DNA from: an uncultured Clostridia bacterium
GTDB lineage: Bacteria; Bacillota; Clostridia; Oscillospirales; QAMX01
Length of the DNA stretch: 64,000 nucleotides
Direction: 5' to 3'
Assembly (NCBI GenBank): GCA_944376195.1
Contig: CALWBW010000004.1
Coordinates: 14,313 to 78,312 of the forward strand
The translations under genes and the position numbers were made by a program. Below, one piece after another: positions 1-10,044 of the stretch. Every line of letters starts with the position of its first letter. Position 1 is the stretch's first letter. The notes below the pieces were generated by a model. That model did not search any database. It was not told the DNA's origin and saw only the letters and a program-made list of their open reading frames with translations.

Positions 1-11
1 CATTTCCTTTT

Positions 12-1163
12 TTATTTTCCAAATGCCTCCGTCGCCGCACGCATACGTTCGATTACGCCAACGCCAAAGGGACAGCGTTCCTCACAAACGCCACAGGCCA
101 AACAATCTCCCGCGTGTGCTTCCAGCGCCGCATATTGCGCCTGAATCAGCTCCGCAGGAGCAGCATTCGTACGCAACGCGTCATACAGCCGGTTGACAGA
201 TGCCACATCAATCCCGGCAGGGCACGGATGGCAATGGTTACAATACACACATTGCCGCGCCGTGCTGAACTGCACCGTGCCGGCCAATGCCTCAGCGTAA
301 TCGCGTTCCGCGGCAGAAGTTTCCTCATAGGCAAGCGCTACGGTGACCTCCTCTGGTTTTTGACACCCAATCAGCACAGACGCCACGGCGGGACGAGAGA
401 GCGCATATTGGATCAACTGCGCTGTGGTGAACGCACGATGAAACGGGGAAAGCGCCGGATTTAAAAGGATTCCGGCACCATAGGTCTTCATTACCGTGAT
501 ACCTACGCCATGTGCCGCACATGCATCATAAAGTGCCGCGCGTTTCGGATTCACGCCGGAGAGCCCTTCCCGATTCCAAGTGTCCGTAACAAAATAACTT
601 TCAATTTTCATATTCTCCGGCAGGAGGTCATAAGCGGGGTTTACGGAAAACAGCAATACATCCAGCCATCCTGCTTCCACCGCACGACGTGCCGTCACAG
701 GATCATGGCTTGACATCCCAATCGCCCGGATCACCCCCTGCTCTTTCAGACGCAGCGCGTACTCCAGTATCGGGCCATTCTCTATGGTATCGAGATCATC
801 CAGTGTGTCTACAAAGTGAATCATACCGATATCGATATAATCCGTTTCAAAGCGCTTTAAAAAATCGGCGATAAACGTCTGGCAAAGGGTCAAATCGCGC
901 GAACGCTCATATTGCCCATTGCGCCAGATAGAACCGATGTGCCCCTGAATCAGCATCTGATCCCGGCGTCCGCGAAGCGCCGCGCCAATATTGGATCGCA
1001 CCTGTGGTTCCGACATGAAAGCATCCAGAATATTGATGCCGCCGTCTAAGGCAGCGTGAACCACCTGTTCCACAACCTCCCGGGATTCCACCTGCAAATG
1101 CTCACAACCCAGTCCGATTTCCGAGACAGTCATCCCTGTTTTTCCCAATTTTCGATACTCCAT
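12..1163 (-). CDS. Aldo/keto reductase with C-terminal 4Fe-4S domain
   Basis: MEYRKLGKTGMTVSEIGLGC AKR N-terminus; C-terminal CVYCNHCHPC and CLACGVCEERCP motifs; GGGAGG SD before the ATG at 1163. Confidence 0.88.
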   Translation of the reverse strand: MEYRKLGKTGMTVSEIGLGCEHLQVESREVVEQVVHAALDGGINILDAFMSEPQVRSNIGAALRGRRDQMLIQGHIGSIWRNGQYERSRDLTLCQTFIADFLKRFETDYIDIGMIHFVDTLDDLDTIENGPILEYALRLKEQGVIRAIGMSSHDPVTARRAVEAGWLDVLLFSVNPAYDLLPENMKIESYFVTDTWNREGLSGVNPKRAALYDACAAHGVGITVMKTYGAGILLNPALSPFHRAFTTAQLIQYALSRPAVASVLIGCQKPEEVTVALAYEETSAAERDYAEALAGTVQFSTARQCVYCNHCHPCPAGIDVASVNRLYDALRTNAAPAELIQAQYAALEAHAGDCLACGVCEERCPFGVGVIERMRAATEAFGK

Positions 1164-1285
1164 AACAGCCTCCCGTACAAATGTACTATTGTGGAACAAT
1201 TGTACTATACGTTAGGAAAGAAAACAAGCCCTATATGAAAAATATATAACTACGTTTTTCGTATTGAAATAATGCCGCGGGTAAG

Positions 1286-1330
1286 AAAATGCCCCTCATT
1301 TTGCGATTCTGGCAAAACAAGGGGCAGTTT
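1286..1330 (-). terminator. Intrinsic terminator after the 714-aa gene
   Basis: TGCCCCT..TTTTGC / GCAAAA..AGGGGCA stem, with a T-run on the minus strand. Confidence 0.6.
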
Positions 1331-1345
1331 GGGCTGAAACCACTT

Positions 1346-3490
1346 CTATTTCCCGTAAGAACGGTAAATTTGATTCCTTTCGCGGCGTTCCTCTAAGGGG
1401 AGTTTTTCCGCATCTTCAATTTCGTACGCGCCGAAGGTGTCATAAAGCCGGGAAATGGGATCTACCTGTACGTACGTACACCAGGGCAGCCAATGATATT
1501 GACCCTGATATTCCTGCGTATACAGACTTCCGCTCTCATGAGACATACCCGGATAGGCATATCCGCAAGAACCGTCATAGTCTGTGCACTGTTTTGAGTT
1601 GTGGTGAATAAAACGGGCAAAGTGGAGATAGTGCGCATCCTCTGTCAGGAGATAGAGACGGTAATAGAGATACGGACAGGACGCCATGTACACATCCGCA
1701 CCGGAATGTCCCGTTGCAATCAAACTTTGGCCGGAAATATTCCGCTTTGTCAGCGGATTTGCCGGATACGGCACATGTACCGGGAAGGACCATGCATACG
1801 TCCACGTCTCCACGTAATCCGCCGCATCACAGGCCGCACGCAGCCATTTTTCCTCGTTTGTCAGATCATAAAGTGCAAGATATCCGAAAATTGCATAAAT
1901 TCCGGATTCCTTATCGTAAATATCCGAATTATCGCAGGTACCGCCGCGATACTCCAAATGGCGGGTAATGTGGGCAAGACTCCAATCGCCGGCTTTCACC
2001 GCAGCATCCCGATAGGAATCCGTTCCCGTCACCAAATAAATCTGAACCAGGAACCGAATCACATTGGTCGTGTTGGCCTTGGATTCCATCAGCATATCGC
2101 CCTTCTTATCATAGGAACGATACCAGCTGCCATCCTCATTCTGCGCACGCACCAGCCAATCCGCAACAGTCTTACAGTACGCCAGCCAATCTGCATGCTC
2201 GTTGCCATGCTGCTTTTCAAATACATAGGCATCCAGAATGCCTTCCATTCCGTCCCCTATCATACGGACCCAGAAGGGACGGTCCTCAAAGTCATGGAAT
2301 TCCGGGTTATACCAGATATGCGGTGCGCCCCACTCGGTCAGGGAACGGTCCACCCAGAACTGAATCACATTCCGGCCTTTTTCCTGTGCCTCCGCGTCGT
2401 CATAAAGCGCACCGTAACGAAGGAGCTGATAACCGATATTGGGCTGTTGTCCAACAAATCCAAACTGATAGGCAACCTTCATCTGCTCACCGCTCGGCAA
2501 AATGCTGGCAAACGGCAGACCCCAGGTCCCCTCATAACAATTGGTCTGTTCCTTCAGCGTCACCATGGCGTTTTTGTAGAGAAGTTCATTATCAAGCGCC
2601 ACAATCGGCTCATCAATTCGTGTATAGACGCTGCGCCACAGCGTTTTCATCATCTCCGCGAAATCCGCACAGTGCAAGAAATCCAGAGATACCGCAAAAT
2701 GATTTCCCCCATTTTCACGGACAGGATGATACAAATTACTGTAAATGTGCTCCAGTGGGAAGCCGTCCGGCAATTTCCGGGTAGAAGTTCCGCGCGCAGC
2801 AGGATAGATGTAGTCAAGTGACACTGCGCCCGCCGTACTTACGCCAATACTTCCAAACGTAATATGCTCATCCACCATTAAATCATGCAGGCGCGTACCA
2901 TAATCGCGCGGGCCCATATCCGCATGCAGTCTGGAAATACAGGCCACATCATGCGAAGCCAGCCTCTGCATGGCAAACATCGGCAGCCCATACTGCGTCT
3001 CATACATCCAATGGTACTGAATCGACTTATTATATCCGATGAAATGCGGCGGCACAAATTCATTCTGCTGATACCACGCGCCGGGCGCAAAACAATTGAT
3101 CTCCTCCAGCGATTTCACGCCGGGTAATTCCAAATAAATTTTTGTGGCAAATCCTCTATCCGCCGGATTTGCCTTTTTAATCTCCACGGTGCGGTTTACA
3201 TAAAAACCATTCTCCGCGCCCACGGTATATTTGTCACAAATAGAGAATACGCTCCCTGCTGCGGTTTCCACAAGGCCTTCCGCCATCACACAGTCCGCGT
3301 CCTCCCGTACGGTCTGATAGGGCACAGCGTAGGTCAACGGGTTGGAAGTAGGACATTTAATATACAAATAAAGCGGCAGAGGGCTTACAAAAACTGGATC
3401 TTTTTTTCCGTCCTGCAGAACGTGCAGCGCATAGCCGCCCTGGACAGGCTGAAAGGAAAGACTGTAAACGCCTGAATGTAAGGAAATCAT
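1346..3490 (-). CDS. Uncharacterised protein, probable (alpha/alpha)-barrel glycosidase-like enzyme
   Basis: 714-aa ORF with SD; C-terminal half has repeated aromatic-rich helical units (ADWLVRAQNEDGSW, YLVTGTDSYRDAA, LYDLTNEEKWL, LYLLTEDAHYL); no signal peptide. Confidence 0.55.
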   Translation of the reverse strand: MISLHSGVYSLSFQPVQGGYALHVLQDGKKDPVFVSPLPLYLYIKCPTSNPLTYAVPYQTVREDADCVMAEGLVETAAGSVFSICDKYTVGAENGFYVNRTVEIKKANPADRGFATKIYLELPGVKSLEEINCFAPGAWYQQNEFVPPHFIGYNKSIQYHWMYETQYGLPMFAMQRLASHDVACISRLHADMGPRDYGTRLHDLMVDEHITFGSIGVSTAGAVSLDYIYPAARGTSTRKLPDGFPLEHIYSNLYHPVRENGGNHFAVSLDFLHCADFAEMMKTLWRSVYTRIDEPIVALDNELLYKNAMVTLKEQTNCYEGTWGLPFASILPSGEQMKVAYQFGFVGQQPNIGYQLLRYGALYDDAEAQEKGRNVIQFWVDRSLTEWGAPHIWYNPEFHDFEDRPFWVRMIGDGMEGILDAYVFEKQHGNEHADWLAYCKTVADWLVRAQNEDGSWYRSYDKKGDMLMESKANTTNVIRFLVQIYLVTGTDSYRDAAVKAGDWSLAHITRHLEYRGGTCDNSDIYDKESGIYAIFGYLALYDLTNEEKWLRAACDAADYVETWTYAWSFPVHVPYPANPLTKRNISGQSLIATGHSGADVYMASCPYLYYRLYLLTEDAHYLHFARFIHHNSKQCTDYDGSCGYAYPGMSHESGSLYTQEYQGQYHWLPWCTYVQVDPISRLYDTFGAYEIEDAEKLPLEERRERNQIYRSYGK

Positions 3491-3513
3491 GGCAAATATC
3501 CTTTCTTTTTAGC

Positions 3514-3554
3514 AAGACGCCAAGAAGGATGGAAAATCATCCTTCTTGGCGTCT
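3514..3554. terminator. Perfect long stem-loop between the SDR and the 714-aa gene
   Basis: AAGACGCCAAGAAGGATG / CATCCTTCTTGGCGTCTT inverted repeat. Confidence 0.65.
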
Positions 3555-3559
3555 TTTCA

Positions 3560-4369
3560 TTAATATTTCGTATCGTAATCCCAGGGAGTACCGCCCGCCA
3601 GGCAACCGCCGTCGATGTGAATCATCATCCCGGACATGTAGCTGGATGCCTCGGAAGCCAACATGACCACAACACCGACAATTTCGTCCGGCGTACCGGG
3701 GCGCTGCATGGCAATCCGCTCACGCAGATACTGGGCACGGGACGGGGTTTCCCACGTAACCGTCGTCAACGCCGTCAGAATGTGTCCGGGCGCGATGGCG
3801 TTGGCACGAATGCCGAACTTCGCCCACTCAATGGCCTCAGAACGGGTCAGAGCAGTCAGTGCGCTCTTTGTGGCGCCATAAACAGAGCAGCCACCCAGCA
3901 TACCCACCGCATTATGCGATGAGACATTGATAATATTTCCATAATGATGGGGAATCATCTTCTTCACAACCGCCTGTGTAAAGAAGAACGCGCCCTTTAA
4001 ATTGATATTCATCAGACGGTCGTAGGTCGCCTCATCATAGTCCAGGAACCCAATACGTTTGTTGATACCAGCGCAGTTAATCAGCACGTCCAAATGGCCG
4101 TGCGCCTTGTCAATCCGATCGACAAATTCCGGGAACGAAGCAAAATCCGTCACATCCAGGCGATAACCGGTCGCAAGTCCGCCTTCCGCCTTAATTTCTT
4201 CTGCAAGCTTTTGAACAGCTTCTTCCGCAATATCGCAAAGAATCAGTTCTCCACCCGCGCGCGCCAGGCCCTTCGCCAGTTCCGCGCCAATTCCGCCGGC
4301 CGCGCCGGTAAGAATCACGGTTTTTCCCTCAATGGAAAACATTTTCTCTAAATTTTTTCCAATATCCAC
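3560..4369 (-). CDS. SDR oxidoreductase (gluconate 5-dehydrogenase/KduD-like)
   Basis: TGAAGGIG, NCAG, YGATK, NAIAPG motifs; GTG start with AGGAGG SD. Confidence 0.88.
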   Translation of the reverse strand: MDIGKNLEKMFSIEGKTVILTGAAGGIGAELAKGLARAGGELILCDIAEEAVQKLAEEIKAEGGLATGYRLDVTDFASFPEFVDRIDKAHGHLDVLINCAGINKRIGFLDYDEATYDRLMNINLKGAFFFTQAVVKKMIPHHYGNIINVSSHNAVGMLGGCSVYGATKSALTALTRSEAIEWAKFGIRANAIAPGHILTALTTVTWETPSRAQYLRERIAMQRPGTPDEIVGVVVMLASEASSYMSGMMIHIDGGCLAGGTPWDYDTKY

Positions 4370-4400
4370 GCTCTGCGTCCTCCTTTTGTATGTTAAGTCT

Positions 4401-4478
4401 ATTGTACACCACCAAAACCGTTTGTCAATACATTTGCTTTTTGTATCTCCTTGACATTCCTATAGATAATGATATAAT
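4401..4478. promoter_or_regulatory. Back-to-back sigmaA promoters
   Basis: Minus strand: TTGACA(4428-4423)-16-TACAAT(4406-4401). Plus strand: TTGACA(4451)-16-TATAAT(4473) with TG extension. Confidence 0.7.
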
Positions 4479-4535
4479 AAAGGTATTGTGTAGCGCATAT
4501 TATGTGCAAAAAGTGTACAATAAGGGAGAGTTCAT

Positions 4536-5360
4536 ATGAGTTACGATGCAGAAACCATCAAAAAGCTCAACGAAATGGCGAAAACGCTCCGCCGCGACGT
4601 CGTTGAGATGGTTGGTCCCGGTCAGGCCGGGCATTTCGGCGGTTCTTTTTCCAGCGCCGAATTGATTACCGCGCTCTATTTCAGCAAAATGCATTATGAT
4701 CCCAAAAATCCGAAACTGGCAGATCGTGACCGTTTCCTGCTCAGTAAAGGCCATGTGGCAGTTATTCAATATGCCGCCATGGCTCGTGCCGGTTATTTCC
4801 CGGTAGAAGAGCTTTCGACCCTGAAAAAGATCGGTTCCCGTCTCCAGGGCCATCCGGATGTCAAGAAGCTCCCCGGTATTGAGGCCAACACCGGTTCCCT
4901 TGGCCAGGGCCTGTCCATTGCGCTCGGGATTTCTCTTGGCTTAAAGCTGGACAATCTCCCCTCCCGTGTGTATGTTCTGATCGGCGACGGTGAATTGGAT
5001 GAAGGACAGATTTGGGAAGGCGCCATGGCCGCCGCGAACTTTAAGGCGGACAATCTTGTCGCTATTGTCGACCGTAACCGCATTCAGGCTACGGATTTCA
5101 CGGCAAAGCGTATGGATTCCGGTGATATTCCCGCAAAATGGGCCGCGTTTGGATGGAATGTCATTGAGATCGACGGACACGACATGGAAGCTGTTCTGGC
5201 TGCCTATGATGAAGCGGAGACCGTCAAGGGGAAACCCACTGTCATTATTGCCAACACCGTCAAAGGCAAGGGCCTCAGCTTTGCCGAAAATACCGCCGCT
5301 TATCACAACGGTACGCTTACAGAAGAGCTTTACGCAAAAGCTCTTGAAGAACTGAAATAA
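4536..5360 (+). CDS. Transketolase, N-terminal (TPP-binding) subunit
   Basis: GHFGG, DRFLLSKGH, LQGHP, TGSLGQG, GDGELDEGQIWE..N motifs. Confidence 0.93.
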   Translation: MSYDAETIKKLNEMAKTLRRDVVEMVGPGQAGHFGGSFSSAELITALYFSKMHYDPKNPKLADRDRFLLSKGHVAVIQYAAMARAGYFPVEELSTLKKIGSRLQGHPDVKKLPGIEANTGSLGQGLSIALGISLGLKLDNLPSRVYVLIGDGELDEGQIWEGAMAAANFKADNLVAIVDRNRIQATDFTAKRMDSGDIPAKWAAFGWNVIEIDGHDMEAVLAAYDEAETVKGKPTVIIANTVKGKGLSFAENTAAYHNGTLTEELYAKALEELK

Positions 5361-5381
5361 GCGAAAGGGGAGAAAACGAAT

Positions 5382-6317
5382 ATGAGTGAAACCAATTGCA
5401 GAACCGCTTACGGTAAAACCCTGGTAGAACTGGGCCGTGAAAATAAAAATATTGTTGCTCTCGAGGCGGACCTCGGCAAATCCACCATGTCCAGCCTTTT
5501 TGAAGCAGAATTCCCGGAGCGTCATTTTGAAATGGGCATTGCGGAAGCAAATATGGCTTCCACCGCTGCAGGGCTTGCCCTTGCCGGCAAGATTCCGTTT
5601 ATTCATTCGTTTGCCGTCTTTGCAGCCGGCCGTGATTACGACCAGCTCCGTCAGACCGTCGGTATCGGCGGTTTGAAGGTCCGTGTCTGCGGTTCTTCCG
5701 CCGGACTCTCCGACTTCAGTGACGGTTCTACCCACCAGAGCGTGGAAGACATCGCGCTGATGCGTGCCATTCCTGGTATGACGGTGATTTGTCCCGCCGA
5801 CGCCAATGAAACCGTGGCTGCTGTAAAGGCTATGGTGGATATCGACGGGCCGGCTTACATTCGTATTTGCCGGAACCCCATCGAGCTCATCACAGAGGAA
5901 AACAAGCCGTTTGAAATCGGCAAACCCTACATTATGAAGGATGGTTCCGACATTGCTCTGTTTGCAACAGGCATTATGGTCACTAAAGCGCTGGAGGCCG
6001 CAAAGGCGCTAGAGGGTGAGATTTCCGTCCGCGTCATCAACGTGCCGACGCTGAAACCCATCAATCGTAATCTGATGATCGAAGTGGCAAAGGGCTGCCG
6101 CGGTGTTGTCACAGCCGAAGAGCACAGTTTGATCGGCGGCCTGGGCAGCATTGTCTCCGTCATGCTTTCCGAAGAGTGCAAGCCGATTGGCTTTGTCGGC
6201 ATTCACGACCAGTATGGATGCAGCGCACATAACTATGAGGAACTTTTGGAGTATTACGGTCTGACTACGGAAAAAGTCATTGAAAAAGTTCGCGAAATTA
6301 ACAAAATTGCGAAATAA
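5382..6317 (+). CDS. Transketolase, C-terminal subunit
   Basis: EMGIAEANM, DGSTHQ, EEHSLIGGLG motifs. Confidence 0.93.
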   Translation: MSETNCRTAYGKTLVELGRENKNIVALEADLGKSTMSSLFEAEFPERHFEMGIAEANMASTAAGLALAGKIPFIHSFAVFAAGRDYDQLRQTVGIGGLKVRVCGSSAGLSDFSDGSTHQSVEDIALMRAIPGMTVICPADANETVAAVKAMVDIDGPAYIRICRNPIELITEENKPFEIGKPYIMKDGSDIALFATGIMVTKALEAAKALEGEISVRVINVPTLKPINRNLMIEVAKGCRGVVTAEEHSLIGGLGSIVSVMLSEECKPIGFVGIHDQYGCSAHNYEELLEYYGLTTEKVIEKVREINKIAK

Positions 6318-6347
6318 AACACTACGTTTAGAGAAAGGAACACTATC

Positions 6348-7235
6348 ATGAAAATTGGGTTTATTGGTCTTGGCATTATGGGAAAACCCATGGCACGCAA
6401 CCTGATGAAGGCCGGCCATGAGCTGTATGTTTACGATATTATCCCTGCTCCTGTCGAGGAGCTTGTGAAGGAAGGCGCCACAGGTGTGGCATCTCCGAAG
6501 GAAGCTGCGGAAAAGGGTGAACTGGTCATCACCATGGTTCCGAACGGCCCGCAGGTAAAAGAGGCAGTCCTTGGTGCAAACGGCGTCCTGGAAGGCGCGC
6601 ACAAGGGCCAGCTTGTCGTGGATATGAGCTCCATCGCCCCGACGGCCGCGCAGGAAGTTTACCGTGCCTGTCAGGAAAAGGGCGTCCGTTTTGTTGACGC
6701 GCCTGTTTCCGGCGGCGAACCCGGCGCCATTAACGGTACTCTGTCCATTATGTGCGGCGGCGATAAGGCTGACTTTGATGAGGTATATGACATCCTCATG
6801 ATTATGGGCGGCAGCGCTGTTTATTGCGGCGGCAGCGGCGCAGGTAATACAACGAAGCTGGCCAACCAGATTATCGTAGCTTTGAACATTGCGGCGGTTT
6901 CCGAAGCTTTCACGCTTGCTGTCAAGGCTGGCGTCAATCCGCGTACTGTATTTGATGCAATCAAGGGCGGTCTTGCAGGTTCCAATGTCATGAATGCCAA
7001 AGCGCCGATGATGATGGATGGAAACTTCAAGCCTGGATTTAAGATTGATCTGCATATCAAAGACCTCAATAACGCAATTGAAACCGGACATGCAATCGGT
7101 GCTCCCCTGCCTCTCACCGTTCAGGCACAGGAGATTCTGGAGCGTCTGCATTTTGACGGTCATGGCCAGTGCGATCACTCCGCCATTGCGCTCTATTATG
7201 AGAAGCTCGCAGGTGACAGCATCAAGCACGACTAA
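6348..7235 (+). CDS. garR: 2-hydroxy-3-oxopropionate (tartronate semialdehyde) reductase
   Basis: MKIGFIGLGIMGKPM, DAPVSGG, KLANQ, GFKIDLHIKDL and DHSA..YYEKLA closely follow GarR. Confidence 0.88.
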   Translation: MKIGFIGLGIMGKPMARNLMKAGHELYVYDIIPAPVEELVKEGATGVASPKEAAEKGELVITMVPNGPQVKEAVLGANGVLEGAHKGQLVVDMSSIAPTAAQEVYRACQEKGVRFVDAPVSGGEPGAINGTLSIMCGGDKADFDEVYDILMIMGGSAVYCGGSGAGNTTKLANQIIVALNIAAVSEAFTLAVKAGVNPRTVFDAIKGGLAGSNVMNAKAPMMMDGNFKPGFKIDLHIKDLNNAIETGHAIGAPLPLTVQAQEILERLHFDGHGQCDHSAIALYYEKLAGDSIKHD

Positions 7236-7250
7236 AAAACAGTGAAAAAT

Positions 7251-7282
7251 AAAAAGGCGGAACCACGTGGTTCCGCCTTTTT
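7251..7282. terminator. Bidirectional terminator between garR and atpC
   Basis: AAAAAGGCGGAACC-acgt-GGTTCCGCCTTTTTT. Confidence 0.8.
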
Positions 7283-7295
7283 TCTTTTGAAAATG

Positions 7296-7718
7296 TTAGT
7301 TTTTGCTCTCCATGTAGTGGCTCTTGATACGCAAACGGCTGATGGCGCGGGCCAATTGCGCCTGCGCAGAACGATACTCCTGAATACTTTTTTTCTGCAA
7401 CAGTTCTTCTTTCGCCTCATCCGCTGCACGCTGCGCGCGATTGGCGTCAATGTCTTCCGGCCGTTCGGCGGAATCGACAAGCACCAGCACTTCGTTATTC
7501 TCCACTTTGACCAGTCCGGAGGAAACTGCGGCAATTCGAGGCGCTTCACCCGGGAGCGTATAGGAAAGCGCACCCGGAACAACAGCCATAATGACATTGC
7601 TGTGTCCGGCGAGAATCCCATACTGCCCCTGCGGCGTCGGAATTACAACCGATTCACAGGCCCCCTCATAAAAGGGGCAGTCGGCGGCCAGAATGGATAT
7701 CTGAAACGTATTTCCCAT
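7296..7718 (-). CDS. atpC: F-type ATP synthase epsilon subunit
   Basis: GQYGILAGH, SSGLVKV, LVDSAERPEDID, C-terminal helices; ATG at 7718 directly after the atpD stop. Confidence 0.9.
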   Translation of the reverse strand: MGNTFQISILAADCPFYEGACESVVIPTPQGQYGILAGHSNVIMAVVPGALSYTLPGEAPRIAAVSSGLVKVENNEVLVLVDSAERPEDIDANRAQRAADEAKEELLQKKSIQEYRSAQAQLARAISRLRIKSHYMESKN

Positions 7719-7719
7719 C

Positions 7720-9126
<1,407 letters not shown>

Positions 9127-10029
9127 CTATGCCTCCCTGCTATGTTTCCGTTTCTGTGCCTTGGCACCTGAGGATACCTCTGTAATCTCCTGTGTAATTG
9201 CCGCCTGGCGCACGCGATTATACTGCACCGACAAATCACTCAAAATTTTTTCCGCATTCTGATTGGCCGAATCCATCGCCGTCATGCGTGCATTCTGTTC
9301 ACTGCAAAAACTGTCGACCAGCGCACTGTAGATAAAACCCGATACATAACTCTGCATCACATTATCCAAAACACTGGAAATGGACGGGGAAAATTCAAAA
9401 GAAACAGAATCTTGCTGCGGTGTTCCGGCGGCGGCCGTGAACTGTCTTCTGTGAAACGGCAAAAGCCGTGTAGAAACCGCTTCCGCATCCAGGCCGTTTT
9501 TCATGTCCGTATAAACAACAAAAATTTTATCGAGCTCACCCGCGTTAAACAGATCAAGCAAAATCGCAGAAATTTCCCTTGCGCGATGCATCGTCGGATT
9601 CTGCGCGGTATACAGGAAACTGCGCTCTATTGGGATATGGTGCTGCGAGAAAAACTGCCGGCCATACTCACCGACAACAAACAGTTTGGTGTCCTGGTGA
9701 TCCGATAACAGCTGCATAGTTTCTCGAATCACATTCAAGTTATAGGCGCCTGCAAGACCTTTATCCGCCGTTATGACCAGACAGCCATAGGTTCCATTCA
9801 AAGCTGCGCTGCCCTCCACCGGATAAAAATACTTGCTGTCGACTTCCTTGTCCGTACGGAAAATCCGCTTAATTTCTGCCTGTAACGCATGAAAATACGG
9901 CCGTGTCTGATCCAGTTCACTCTTTGCCTTGCGAAGCTTGGTAGAGGCAATCAAATACATGGCATTTGTGATCTTCTGCGTCTCCCGCACACTGTTGATA
10001 TGTGTCTTAATTTCCTTGGTATTCGGCAT
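9127..10029 (-). CDS. atpG: F-type ATP synthase gamma subunit
   Basis: KITNAM, DKGLAGAYN, SEQNARMTAMD, RQAAITQEITE. Confidence 0.95.
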   Translation of the reverse strand: MPNTKEIKTHINSVRETQKITNAMYLIASTKLRKAKSELDQTRPYFHALQAEIKRIFRTDKEVDSKYFYPVEGSAALNGTYGCLVITADKGLAGAYNLNVIRETMQLLSDHQDTKLFVVGEYGRQFFSQHHIPIERSFLYTAQNPTMHRAREISAILLDLFNAGELDKIFVVYTDMKNGLDAEAVSTRLLPFHRRQFTAAAGTPQQDSVSFEFSPSISSVLDNVMQSYVSGFIYSALVDSFCSEQNARMTAMDSANQNAEKILSDLSVQYNRVRQAAITQEITEVSSGAKAQKRKHSREA

Positions 10030-10044
10030 TTCGGATCACCGTCC

